Source of the DNA: Macrostomum lignano
Taxonomy: Eukaryota
Length of the DNA stretch: 64,000 nucleotides
Assembly: GCA_002269645.1 (NCBI GenBank)
Contig: NIVC01001414.1
Location: 252,945-316,944, forward strand
Direction of reading: 5' to 3'
This document shows, piece by piece, positions 1 through 12,042 of the stretch. How positions within the stretch are numbered: position 1 is the first letter of the stretch; every line of letters starts with the position of its first letter. The position numbers and the translations under genes were made by a program. Under the pieces are notes generated by a model. That model worked only from the letters and a program-made list of their open reading frames with translations, was not told where the DNA came from and ran no database searches.

Positions 1-99
1 TATTGCTATTAATAAACCAAGGATTACTGCACTCGATAGCCAAGGATTACTGCGCTTGATAAGCTTGGCTACATGTATAGGATTATTTCTATCCAGGGA

Positions 100-350
100 T
101 GCTTGCTATTTAAGGATTCTTGCTATGTGCAGGATGCTTGCTATCTGGAAGGATGCTTCTACATTATTTGGGGTATGCTTGCTATCTGCAAGATGCTTGC
201 TATCTGCAAGATGCTTGCTATCTGCAAGATGCTTGCTATCTGCAGATGCTTGCTATCTGGGTGGATGCTTGCTAGGAGTATTAGGGGATGCTTGCTACTG
301 GGGGGATGCTTGCTGTCTTGGGAATATTTTCTATTTAGGGGTAATGACTA
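100..350. repeat. 18-bp minisatellite (GATGCTTGCTATCTGCAA)n
   Basis: Direct tandem copies, degenerate at the edges; source of ORFs 56..367 and 73..351. Confidence 0.9.
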
Positions 351-364
351 AAATTCATGAGAGC

Positions 365-421
365 TAGCCTAGAGGTAAACAGACTAAACTGCTAAATGCA
401 GGGACGATGGTTCGAATTTTT
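365..421 (+). promoter_or_regulatory. tRNA-like Pol III A/B-box module (copies also at 3634-3690 and 8443-8498)
   Basis: TAGCCTAGAGG (A-box-like) and GGTTCGAAT (B-box), with T8-to-T54 spacing of 46 nt as in a tRNA, followed by a T-run. Confidence 0.5.
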
Positions 422-477
422 AGAGAGTAGAGTTTTTTTAATTAAAGCCTTTTAACGCCAAGACAAAAAAAATTATG

Positions 478-1550
478 GAAGCGTCATGTAAACAATCATA
501 CAAGCGTCATGTAAACAATCATAGAAGCGTCATGTAAACAATCATAGAAGCGTCATGTAAAAATCATAGAAGCGTCATGTAAAAATCATAGAAGCGTAAT
601 GTAAACAATCATAGAAGCGTCATGTTAAAATCATAAAAGCGTCATGTAAACAATCATACAAGCGTCATGTAAACAATCATAGAAGCGTCATGTAAACAAT
701 CATAGAAGCGTCATGTAAAAATCATAGAAGCGTCATGTAAAAATCATAGAAGCGTAATGTAAACAATCATAGAAGCGTCATGTTAAAATCATAAAAGCGT
801 CATGTAAACAATCATACAAGCGTCATGTAAACAATCATAGAAGCGTCATGTAAAAAAATCATAGAAGCGTCATGTTAAAATCATAAAAGCGTCATAAAAA
901 ATCATAGAAGCGTCATGCAAGCAATCATAGAAGCGTAATGTAAACAATCATAGAAGCGTCATGTTAAAATCATACAAGCGTCATGTAAACAATCATACAA
1001 GCGTCATGTAAACAATCATAGAAGCGTCATGTAAAAAAAATCATAGAAGCGTCATGTTAAAATCATAGAAGCGTCATGTAAACAATCATAGAAGCGTCAT
1101 GTAAACAATCATAGAAGCGTCATGTAAAAATCATAGAAGCGTCATGTAAAAATCATAGAAGCGTCATGTAAACAATCATAAAAGCGTCATGTAAACAATC
1201 ATAGAAGCGTCATGTATACAATCATAGAAGCGTCATGTAAACAATCATAGAAGCGTCATGTAAAAAATCATAGAAGCGTCATGTAAAAATCATAGAAGCG
1301 TCATGTAAAAATCATAGAAGCGTCATGTAAAAATCATAGAAGCGTCATGTAAAAATCATAGAAGCGTCATGTAAAAAATCATAGAAGCGTCATGTAAAAA
1401 TCATAAAAGCGTCATGTAAAAAATCATAGAAGCGTCATGTAAACAATCATACAAGCGTCATGTAAACAATCATAGAAGCGTCATGTAAAAATCATACAAG
1501 CGTCATGTAAACAAGCATAGAAGCGTCATGAAAAAATTATAGAAGCCTCA
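478..1550. repeat. 23-bp satellite (ATCATAGAAGCGTCATGTAAACA)n, array 1
   Basis: About 45 tandem copies of 22-24 bp. Confidence 0.97.
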
Positions 1551-2498
1551 TATAAAAACTAATGAAAGTGTGTCATTTAAAAAATTAAGAAGCATCATGG
1601 AAGAATAAAAGAAGCGTAACGTAAAAATCAAAAGAAGCGTCATGTCAGACATGAAAGAAATGTCATATAAAAATTAAATGAAGCTATAGTACAGTGCTGT
1701 GCTGGGGAGAATTACTGAGACGTCAAGGCTCACAGAGAATAACTGAGATTACAGGGGGGTTTCTGAGATGTTAAAGCAAAAGTCAGAAGCTACTTCAAAG
1801 TACATGTACTTTACTTAAGTTTTTTATTGCATTCTTTGTTGGCTTGCCACGGTGGGGGGGGGCGCTGATAGAAGAAGAGTCATGTAAAAATAAAAGGAGC
1901 ACTATGTATACATAAAATAAAAGTCATGTCAAAGTTAAAAGATTCATTTGGGAATTGCTACGATGTCAAAGCTTGGAGGGAATCGTTATAGTGCTGTGAT
2001 TCTTAAAGAAGGAATCACTTAAATACCAAGGCTTAGGGAAGAAGAATTGCTGTGATTTCAAGGCTTTAGGTTGGGTGAAAGTTAGGTTTACGTCAGGTTT
2101 GGGTTGAGGGTTAGATTTTAGCGCGTTTCAAGGTTAACAGGGGATTTTTTAGATTTCAAGGTTTATGGGGGCATCGCTGACATGTCAAGGCTTACGAGGG
2201 GAATCTATCTATCTATCTATAGCTGAGATGTCAAGGCTCACGGGGGAATAAATGAGATGTCAAGGCTAATGTCAGAAGCTACATGTAGTTTATTGGAAAA
2301 AAGTTATTACATTATTTGTTGGCTCCTCACGGGAGGGATCGCTGATAGAAAAAGCGTAATGTAAAAAAAAAAGAAGCTTCATGTCAAAGTTAAGAGATTC
2401 ATTTGGGAATCCCTACGATGTCGAGGCTTGCAGGGAATCGCTATAATGCTGTAGTAGTGCTATAGACTCTTAGAGAGAATTACTGAAATTTCAATGCT

Positions 2499-2532
2499 TT
2501 AGGGTTAGGGTTAGGGTTAGGGTTAGGGTTAG
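2499..2532 (+). repeat. Interstitial telomeric repeat (TTAGGG)5
   Basis: Direct reading. Confidence 0.97.
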
Positions 2533-3756
2533 AAAATAGACAGATTTTTTAAGATTTCAAGGCTTGTGGGAGCATTGCTGAGATGTCAAGGGGGGAGTTG
2601 ATATGTTAAGGCTTGTGGGGGGGATTGCTGACATGTCAAGGCTTGTGGGGGGGATTGCTGACATGTCAAGGCTTACAAGGGTACTGGTAGCGTACTGAAG
2701 CATACTGGTAGAAGTAGCTCTGAAAGAAGGCAAGTATGGTTGAATTTCAATGTCTGTTATAAAATTCTGCACAAACATGTTTTATTGGTACATAAGCCTG
2801 GAATTAAAATGAGAATTCGATTCCTAGCCCCCCTCCCTAAGAATTTTTTTTCATTTAAAAGGATTCGTCCCTTGCTTATTGGCCACCCCGAAGGCCATTT
2901 TTTATCAAAAATGATAAAAATAATTTTTATCAAACACGTTGACATATACAGGGCTCTAAACTAAAAACTGTAAAAAGTTGATAGTTTTGTTTTACCTAAA
3001 ATGCGTTATTAACGATCTCCAAAAATTCCTATTTTAAGCTTAAGCTTAAGAAAAACACTTAAAGTACTCCTGCTAAAAGGTATATTATATTAGACGAATA
3101 TTAATTATTTCTGCTCCCCGAAGGGGGGCAAAACTTTAGCTAGTCCAATATACTAAAAATGAAAATCTTGCTTGCTTGTAATCGATTAGAGAAAAAATGG
3201 CTTAACCGATTTTTATGAGACTTGCACTGTTCGATCAGAAATTTTCCCGTGACGGTACATGCATCGTGGCTAAGAAATTGCTCGATGCTAAAGGCATTAA
3301 ATATTCGAAAAACATGCTTTTTTGCAAAGGTCAAGCAAACTTTTCGACTTGAAATGCATTGTAAGAATGCTAGAGAAAAAACTGACTGGTTGAATTCTGA
3401 TTCTGAAATAGATTGCATCATAACTGAATTGTAACTCCGACTTGAATTGAAAATGCAGTGTGGAAGCGTAGCACAGACTTGATTTAAATTGCGTAACCAT
3501 AATTGTTAACTGATACTGACTGACTGAGAAACTGATTATGTCATAACTGCTTCGTGTGATTTACTCTATGCTTGGATTTTAAAGTGTTGAATTATATAAG
3601 TGCAAAATTTGATGTTATCAAAACGATGAGAGCTAGCCTAGAGGTGAACAAACTGAACTGCTAAATGCAGCGACGGTGGTTCGAATTTTCATAGAGTATA
3701 ATTTTTTTAATTAAAGCTTTTCCACGTCAGGAAAACTAAAAGACTTTTTAAAAAGA

Positions 3757-6755
3757 AGCGTCATGTAAAAATCATAGAAGCGTCATGTAAAAATCATAGA
3801 AGCGTCATGTCAAAAATCATAAAAGCGTCATGTAAAAATCATAGAAGCGTCTTTTAAAAAAATCATAGAAGCGTCATGTAAACAATCATAGAAGCGTCAT
3901 GTAAACAATCATAGGAGCGTCATGTAAAAAATCATAGAAGCGTCATGCAAACAATCATAGAAGCGTCATGTAAAAATCAAAGAAGCGTCATATAAACAAT
4001 CATAGAAGCGTCATGTAAACAATCATTGAAGCGTCATGTAAAAATCATAAAAGCGTCATGAAAAAATCATAGAAGCGTCATGTAAACAATCATTGAAGCG
4101 TCATGTAAACAATCATAGAAGCGTCATGTAAAAATCATAGAAGCGTCATGAAAAAAATCATAGAAGCGTCATGTAAAAATCATAGAAGCGTCATGTAAAC
4201 AATCATAGAAGCGTCATGTAAACAATCATAGAAGCGTCATGTAAAAAATCATCGAAGCGTCATATAAACAATCACTGAAGCGTCATGTAAACAATCATAA
4301 AGCGTCATGTAAAAAATCATAGAAGCGTCATGTAAACAATCATAGAAGCGTCATTTAAAAAATCATAGAAGCGTCATATAAACAATCATAGAAGCGTCTT
4401 TTAAAAAATCATAGAAGCGTCATATAAACAATCATAGAAGCGTCATGTAAACAATCATAGAAGCGTCATGTAAAAAATCATAGAAGCGTCATGTAAACAA
4501 TCATAGAAGCGTCATGTAAAAAATCATAGAAGCGTCATGTAAACAATCATAGAAGCGTCATGTAAACAATCATAGAAGCGTCATGTAAACAATCATAAAG
4601 CGTCATGTAAAAATCATAAAAGCGTCATGAAAAAATCATAGAAGCGTCATATAAACAATCATAGAAGCGTCATGTAAACAATCATAGAAGCGTCATGTAA
4701 ACAATCATAGAAGCGTCATGTAAAAAATCATCGAAGCGTCATATAAACAATCACTGAAGCGTCATGTAAAAAATCATAAAAGCGTCATGTAAAAAATCAT
4801 AGAAGCGTCATGTAAAAAATCATAGAAGCGTCATTTAAAAAATCATAGAAGCGTCATATAAACAATCATAGAAGCGTCATGTAAACAATCATAGAAGCGT
4901 CATATAAACAATCATAGAAGCGTCATTTAAAAAATCATAGAAGCGTCATATAAACAATCATAGAAGCGTCATGTAAACAATCATAGAAGCGTCATGTAAA
5001 AAATCATAGAAGCGTCATGTAAACAATCATAGAAGCGTCATGTAAAAAATCATAGAAGCGTCATGTAAACAATCACTGAAGCGTCATGTAAACAATCATA
5101 GAAGCGTCATGTAAACAATCATAGAAGCGTCATGTAAAAATCATAGAAGCGTCATGTAAAAATCATCGAAGCGTCATATAAACAATCATGAAGCGTCATG
5201 TGAACAATCATAAAGCGTCATGTAAAAAATCATAGAAGCGTCATGTAAAAAATCATAGAAGCGTCATGTAAAAAATCATAGAAGCGTCATGTAAACAATC
5301 ATTGAAGCGTCATTTAAAAAATCATAGAAGCGTCATTTAAACAATCATAGAAGCGTCTTTAAAAAATCATAGAAGCGTCATATAAACAATCATAGAAGCG
5401 TCATGTAAACAATCATAGAAGCGTCATGTAAAAAATCATAGAAGCGTCATGTAAACAATCATAGAAGCGTCATGTAAAAAATCATAGAAGCGTCATGTAA
5501 ACAATCATGAAGCGTCATGTAAACAATCATAGAAGCGTCATGTAAACAATCATAGAAGCGTCATGTAAAAATCATAGAAGCGTCATGTAAACAATCATAG
5601 AAGCGTCATGTAAACAATCATAGAAGCGTCATGTAAACAATCATAGAAGCGTCATGTAAACAATCATAAAGCGTCATGAAAAAATCATAGAAGCGTCATG
5701 TAAAAATATAAAAGCGTCATGTAAAAATCATAGAAGCGTCATGTAAAAATCATAGAAGCGTCATGTAAAAATCATAGAAGCGTCTTAAAAAATCATAGAA
5801 GCGTCATGTAAACAATCATAGAAGCGTCATGTAAACAATCATAGAAGCGTCATGTAAAAAATCATAGAAGCGTCATGTAAACAATCATAGAAGCGTCATG
5901 TAAAAATCAAAGAAGCGTCATATAAACAATCATAGAAGCGTCATGTAAACAATCATAGAAGCGTCATGTAAAAATCATAAAGCGTCATGTAAACAATCAT
6001 AGAAGCGTCATGCAAACAATCATAGAAGCGTCAGGCAAACAATCGTAGAAGCGTCATGTAAAAATCATAGAAGCGTCATGAAAAAATCATAGAAGCGTCA
6101 TGTAAAAATCATAGAAGCGTCATGTAAACAATCATAGAAGCGTCATGTAAACAATCATAGAAGCGTCATGTAAAAAATCATAGAAGCGTCATATAAACAA
6201 TCATAGAAGCGTCATGTAAAAAATCATAGAAGCGTCATGTAAACAATCATAGAAGCGTCATGTAAAAAATCGTAGAAGCGTCATATAAAAATCATAGAAG
6301 CGTCATGTAAAAAATTATAGAAGCGTCTTGTAAACAATCATAGAAGCGTCATGTAAAAATCATAGAAGCGTCATGCAAAAAATCATAGAAGCGTCTTGTA
6401 GCAATCATAGAAGCGTCATGTAAAAATCATAGAAGCGTCATGTAAACAATCATAAAAGCGTCATGAAAAAATCATAGAAGCGTCATGCAAACAATCATAG
6501 AAGCGTCATGTAAACAATCATAGAAGTGTCATGTAAAAATCATAGAAGCGTCATGTAAACAATCATAGAAGCGTCATGTAAACAATCATAGAAGCGTCAT
6601 GTAAACAATCATAGAATCGTCATGTAAAAATCATAGAAGCGTCATGCAAACAATTATAGAAGCGTCATGTAAAAATCATAAAGCGTCATGCAAACAATCA
6701 TAGAAGCGTCATGTAAACAATCATAGAAGCGTCATCAAAAGATCATAGAAGCCTC
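3757..6755. repeat. 23-bp satellite, array 2
   Basis: About 130 tandem copies of the same monomer. Confidence 0.97.
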
Positions 6756-7678
6756 ATATAAAAACTAATGGAAGTGTCATTTGAGAAATCATAGAAGCGT
6801 CATGGAAGAATAAAAGAAGCGTCATGTCAGACATGAAAGAAGTGTCATGTAAAAATTAAAAGAAGCTATTGTGCTGTGCTGGGAGAATTACTAAGATGTC
6901 AAGGCTCACGGAGAATAACTGAGATTTTGGGGAGGCGGTTTCTGAGATGCCAGAGAAGCAAAGTAGCAAACGTCAGAAGCTACTTCAAAGTACATGTAGT
7001 TTACTTAATTTTTTATTACATTCTTTGTTGGCTCGCTACGGGGGAGGGGGCGCTGATAGAAGAAGAGTCATGTAAAAAAGAAAAGAAGCACTATGTATAC
7101 ATAAAAGAAGAGTCATTATGTCAAAGTTAAAAGATTCATTTGGGAATTGCTACGATGCCAAGGCTTGGAGGGAATCGCTATGGTGCTGTGATTCTTAAAT
7201 AAGGAATCACTAAAATGTCAAGGCTTAGGGGAGAAGAATTGCTGAGATTTAAGGCTTTAGGTTGGGTTAAAGTTAGGTTTAGGTCAGGTTTGGGTTGATG
7301 GTTAGATTTTAGCGGGTTTCAAGATTAACAGGGGATTTTTCAGATATCAAGGTTTATGGGGGCATCGCTAACATGACAAGGCTTACGGGGGGAATAGCTG
7401 AGATGTCAAGGCTCACGGGGAATAACCGAGATGTCAAGGCTAAATTCACAAGCTACATGTAGATGATGTAGTTTATTGAAAAATGTTTTCATTATTTATT
7501 GGCTCTTCACGGGAAGGATCGCTGATAGATAAAGTGTAATGTAAAAAATAAAAGAAGCTTCATGTCGAAGTTAAGAGATTCATTTGGGAATCCCTACGAT
7601 GTCGAGGCTTGCAGGGAATCGCTATAATGCTGTAGTGCTATAATGACTCTCGGAGAGAATTACTGAAATGTCAATGCT

Positions 7679-7724
7679 TTAGGGTTAGGGTTAGGGTTAG
7701 GGTTAGGGTTAGGGTTAGGTTTAG
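7679..7724 (+). repeat. Interstitial telomeric repeat (TTAGGG)6
   Basis: Direct reading. Confidence 0.97.
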
Positions 7725-8552
7725 AAGGTTAACAGATTTTTTAAGATTTCAAGGCTTATGGGGGGAATTGCTAAGATGTCAAGGGGGAGTTGATATGCTA
7801 AGGCTTGTGGGGGGGGAGGAATTGCTGGCATGTCAAGGCTTACAAGGGTTTGCTGAGGTATAATGCAAAGAGACGCTTATATGTAGTTTATTAAAAAACT
7901 TGTGCTGTATTTTTTGGCTCCCCAACGGGGGGCGCTGATTGCTAGTCCTATATACTAAAAATGAAAATCTTGCTTGCTTGCTTGCTTGTAATCGATTAGA
8001 GAAAAAATGGCTTAACCGATTTTCATGAGACTTGCACTGTTCGATCAGAAATTTTCCCGTGACGGTACATGCATCTTGGCTAAGAAATTGCTCCATGTTA
8101 AAGGGATTAAATGTTCGAAAAACATGCTTTTTTGCAAAGGTCAAGCAAACTTTTCGACTTGAAATGCATTGTAAGAATGCTAGAGAAAAAACTGACTGGT
8201 TGAATTCTGATTCTGAAATAGATTGCATCATAACTGAATTGTAACTCTGACTTGAATTGAAAATGCAGTGTGGAAGCGTAGCACCAGACTTGATTTAAAT
8301 TGCGTAACCATATTGTTAACTGATACTGACTGACTGAGAAATTGATTATGTCATAACTGCCTCGTGTGATTTACTCTATGCTTGGAGTTTTGAAACTTAT
8401 AATTATAAGTGCTAAAATTCATATTATCAAAACGATGAGAGCTAGCCTAGAGGTAAACAGACTGACTGCTAAATGCAGGGACGATGGTTCGAATTTTTAG
8501 AGAGTGGAATTTTTTTAATTAAAGCTTTTTAACACCAAGAAGAAAACTAAAA

Positions 8553-10330
8553 AATCATAGAAGCGTCATGTAAAAAATCATAGAAGCGTCATGTAAAAAA
8601 TCATAGAAGCGTCATGAAAATATCATAGAAGCGTCATGTAAAAAATCATAGAAGCGTCATGTAAACAATCATAGAAGCGTCATGTAAAAAATCATAGAAG
8701 CGTCATGTAAAAAATCATAGAAGCGTCATGTAAACAATCATAGAAGCGTCATGTAAAAAATCATAGAAGCGTCATGTAAACAATCATAGAAGCGTCATGT
8801 AAACAATCATAGAAGCGTCATGTAAAAAATCATAGAAGCGTCATGTAAAAAATCATAGAAGCGTCCTGCAGATATCGTAGAAGCGTCATGAAATAATCAT
8901 AGAAGCGTCATGTAAAAAGCATAGAAGCGTCATGTAAAAATCATAGAAGCGTCATGAAAAAAACATTGGAGCGTCATGAAAAAATCATAGAAACGTCATG
9001 TAAAAATCATAGAAGCGTCATGTAAAAATCATAGAATCGTCATATAAAAAGCATAGAAGCGTCATGTAAAAAATCATGGAAGCGTCATGTAAAAATCATA
9101 GTAGCGTCATGTAAAAAATCATAGAAGCGTCATGAAAAAATCATAGAAGCGTCATGAAAAAAACATTGGAGCGTCATGAAAAAATCATAGAAACGTCATG
9201 TAAAAATCATAGAAGCGTCATGTAAAAATCATAGAATCGTCATATAAAAAGCATAGAAGCGTCATGTAAACAATCATAGAAGCGTCATATAAAAATCATA
9301 GAAGCGTCATATAAACAATCACAGAAGCGTCATGAAAAAATCATGGAAGCGTCATGTAAAAATCATAGAAGCGTCCTGCAGAAATCGTAGAAGCGTCTTG
9401 AAATAATCATAGAAGCGTCATGTAAAAAGCATAGAAGCGTCATGTAAAAAATCATGGAAGCGTCATGTAAAAATCATAGAATCGTCATATAAAAAACCTA
9501 GAAGCGTCATGTAAAAATCATAGAAGCGTCATGTAAAAAATCATGGAAGCGTCATGTAAAAATCATAGTAGCGTCATGAAAAAATCATAGAAGCGTCATG
9601 AAAAAAACATTGGAGCGTCATGAAAAAATCATAGAAACGTCATGTAAAAATCATAGAAGCGTCATGTAAAAATCATAGAATCGTCATATAAAAAGCATAG
9701 AAGCGTCATGTAAACAATCATAGAAGCGTCATATAAAAATCATAGAAGCGTCATATAAACAATCACAGAAGCGTCATGAAAAAATCATGGAAGCGTCATG
9801 TAAAAATCATAGAAGCGTCCTGCAGAAATCGTAGAAGCGTCTTGAAATAATCATAGAAGCGTCATGTAAAAAGCATAGAAGCGTCATGTAAAAAAATCAT
9901 GGAAGCGTCATGTAAAAATCATAGAATCGTCATATAAAAAACCTAGAAGCGTCATGTAAAAATCATAGAAGCGTCATATAAAAAGCATAGAAGCGTCATA
10001 TAAACAATCACAGAAGCGTCATGAAAAAATCATGGAAGCGTCATGTAAAAATCATAGAAGTGTCATGTAAAAAATCATGGAAGCGTCATGAAAAAATCAT
10101 AGAAGCGTCATGAAAAAATCATAGAAGCATCATGTAAAAATCATAGAAGCGTCCTGCAGAAATCGTAGAAGCATCATGTAAATAATCATAGAAGCGTCAT
10201 GTAAACAATCATAGAAGCGTCATGAAATAATCATAGAAGCGTCATGTAAAAAGCATAGAAGCGTCATGTAAAAAGCATAGAAGCGTCATGTAAACAATCA
10301 TAGAAGCGTCATGAAAAAATCATAGAAGCC
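8553..10330. repeat. 23-bp satellite, array 3, with higher-order repeats
   Basis: About 75 copies with array-specific variants; a block of ~440 bp starting ~9157 recurs at ~9600. Confidence 0.95.
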
Positions 10331-11203
10331 TCATTTAAAAACTAATGAAAGCGTCATTTAAAAAATTAAGAAGCATCATGGAAGAATAAAAGAAGTGTAA
10401 TGTAAAAATCAAAAGAAGCGTCATGTCAGACATGAAGGGTGTCATGTAAAAATAAAATGCAGCTATAATGCTGTGCTGGGAAGAAAAACTGAGACGTAAA
10501 GGCTCTCAGAGAATAACTGAGATTACGAGGGGGGGTTGTTTCTGGGATCTCAAAGCAAAAGTCAGAAGCTACTTCAAAGTTCATGTACTTTACTCAATTT
10601 TTATTGCATTCTTTGTTGGCTCGCCATGGGGGGGTGCTGATAGAAGAAGAGTCATGTAAAAAATAAAAGTAGCACTATGTATACATAAAAGAAAAGTCAT
10701 GTCGAAGTTAAAAGATTCATTTGGGAATTGCTACGATGTCAAAGCTTGGTGGAAATCGTTATAGTGCTGTGATTCTTAAAGAAGGAATCACTAAAATGTC
10801 AAGGCTTAGGGGAGAAGAATTGCTGAGATTTCAAGGCTTTATGTTGGGTTAAAGTTAGGTTTAGGTCAGGTGTGGGTTGAGGGTTATATTTTATCGGGTT
10901 TCAAGGTTAACAGTGGATTTTTTAGATTTCAAGGTTTATGGGGGCCATCGCTGACATGTCAAGGCTTACGGGGGGGAATAGCTGAGATGTCAAGGCTCAC
11001 GGGGGTATAAATGAGATTTCAAGGCTAAAGTCAGAAGCTACATGTAGTTTATTGAAAACTTTTTATTACATTATTTGATGCCTCCTCAGGCGAGGGATCG
11101 CTGATAAAAAAAGCGTTATGTAAAAAATAAAAGAAGCTTATCGCTATAATGCTGTAGTAGTGCTATTATGACTCTTAGAGAGAATTACTGAAATTTCAAT
11201 GCT

Positions 11204-11248
11204 TTAGGGTTAGGTTAGGGTTAGGGTTAGGGTTAGGGTTAGGGTTAG
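11204..11248 (+). repeat. Interstitial telomeric repeat (TTAGGG)~7
   Basis: Direct reading; one TTAGG variant. Confidence 0.97.
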
Positions 11249-11678
11249 AAGGTTGACAGATATTTTTAGATTTCCAAGGCTTATTGGGGGCATTGCTGAG
11301 ATGTCAAGGGGGAAGTTGATATGTTAAAGCTGGGGGGGGAATTACTGACATGTCAAGGCTTACAAGGTTTGACAGGAGATTTTTTAAGATTTCAAGGATA
11401 CATGTAGCTTATTAAAAAACGTGTATAGCATTTCTTTGGCTCCCCAACGGGGGCGTAGATTGCTAGTATATTACTAGAGCGTTATGGACAAGCATACAAA
11501 CCTTAGAGATTTAGTATATTTAGATTGGGTGGCTTTAATTTTTGTTTACTTTTATTTGAAATGGTTAAATCAGATGTCAGGCATCCCAACACAATCATTA
11601 CCTTTAAGTTTGATTTACTTAGAATTGTAACTGACGTATGATATTATCATATTTATATACTATTTGCACAATACTCAC

Positions 11679-12042
11679 CTGCTTGTTGAAGTCTCGAATC
11701 GTCAGCTCGTCCAGCGGCTTGTTGTCGATAAACCTCTCCAAGCTTCGGCCGTCCAGCAGCTCCATGAACACAACGACTGTGGTGGGCTCCGGCTGAGCGA
11801 TGTGCAAGAACTTGACGATGTTGGGATGCCGCAGTCGGCACAGGTTTCTCTCGCTCTCGACAGCTCTGTGGATCTCTGTGCTCACAGAGGGCAGCTCATC
11901 ACCGAGCTGCACAGGCAGTCTGAGAGTCTTGGCAGCGCACGTGACGCCCGTGTCAGTTCGAACTTCGTGGACTTCGCCGAAGCCTCCGCGGCCGATGAGG
12001 CGAACTTTGTCCCAGCGCTCCAAGAACAGGGGGCCTTCGGGT
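11679..12042 (-). CDS. Protein kinase N-lobe exon (subdomains I-V, STE11/MAP3K-like)
   Basis: IGRGGFGEV glycine loop, AAK lysine, [31 protein letters not shown]; ends CAG|GTGAGT. Confidence 0.9.

Larger units (their letters stand above)
358..11466 (+). mobile_element. Head-to-tail array of non-autonomous Helitron-like composite units (partial unit to 3143; units 3144-7945 and 7946-11466)
   Basis: Each unit ends in a GC hairpin (GCTCCCC-GAA/AAC-GGGGG(G)C at 3113-3129, 7917-7933, ~11439-11454), then 8-10 nt, then CTAG (3140-3143, 7942-7945, 11463-11466). The next unit starts TCC(A/T)ATATACTAAAA (3144, 7946), and the last CTAG is followed by T. This fits the Helitron 5'-TC / hairpin-CTRR-3' pattern. 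No Rep/helicase ORF. Confidence 0.7.

Noticed and set aside
3140-3500. ORFs repeated at 3140-3434 and 7833-8244 as a conserved small gene
   Set aside because: Similarity is explained by unit duplication; no recognisable motif or splice structure
365-10330. Leader + 23-bp repeat arrays as CRISPR analogues
   Set aside because: No unique spacers; variation is point-mutational satellite drift
2499-11248. True chromosome end or telomerase healing site
   Set aside because: Tracts are only 2-7 units long and sit at fixed positions inside repeated units
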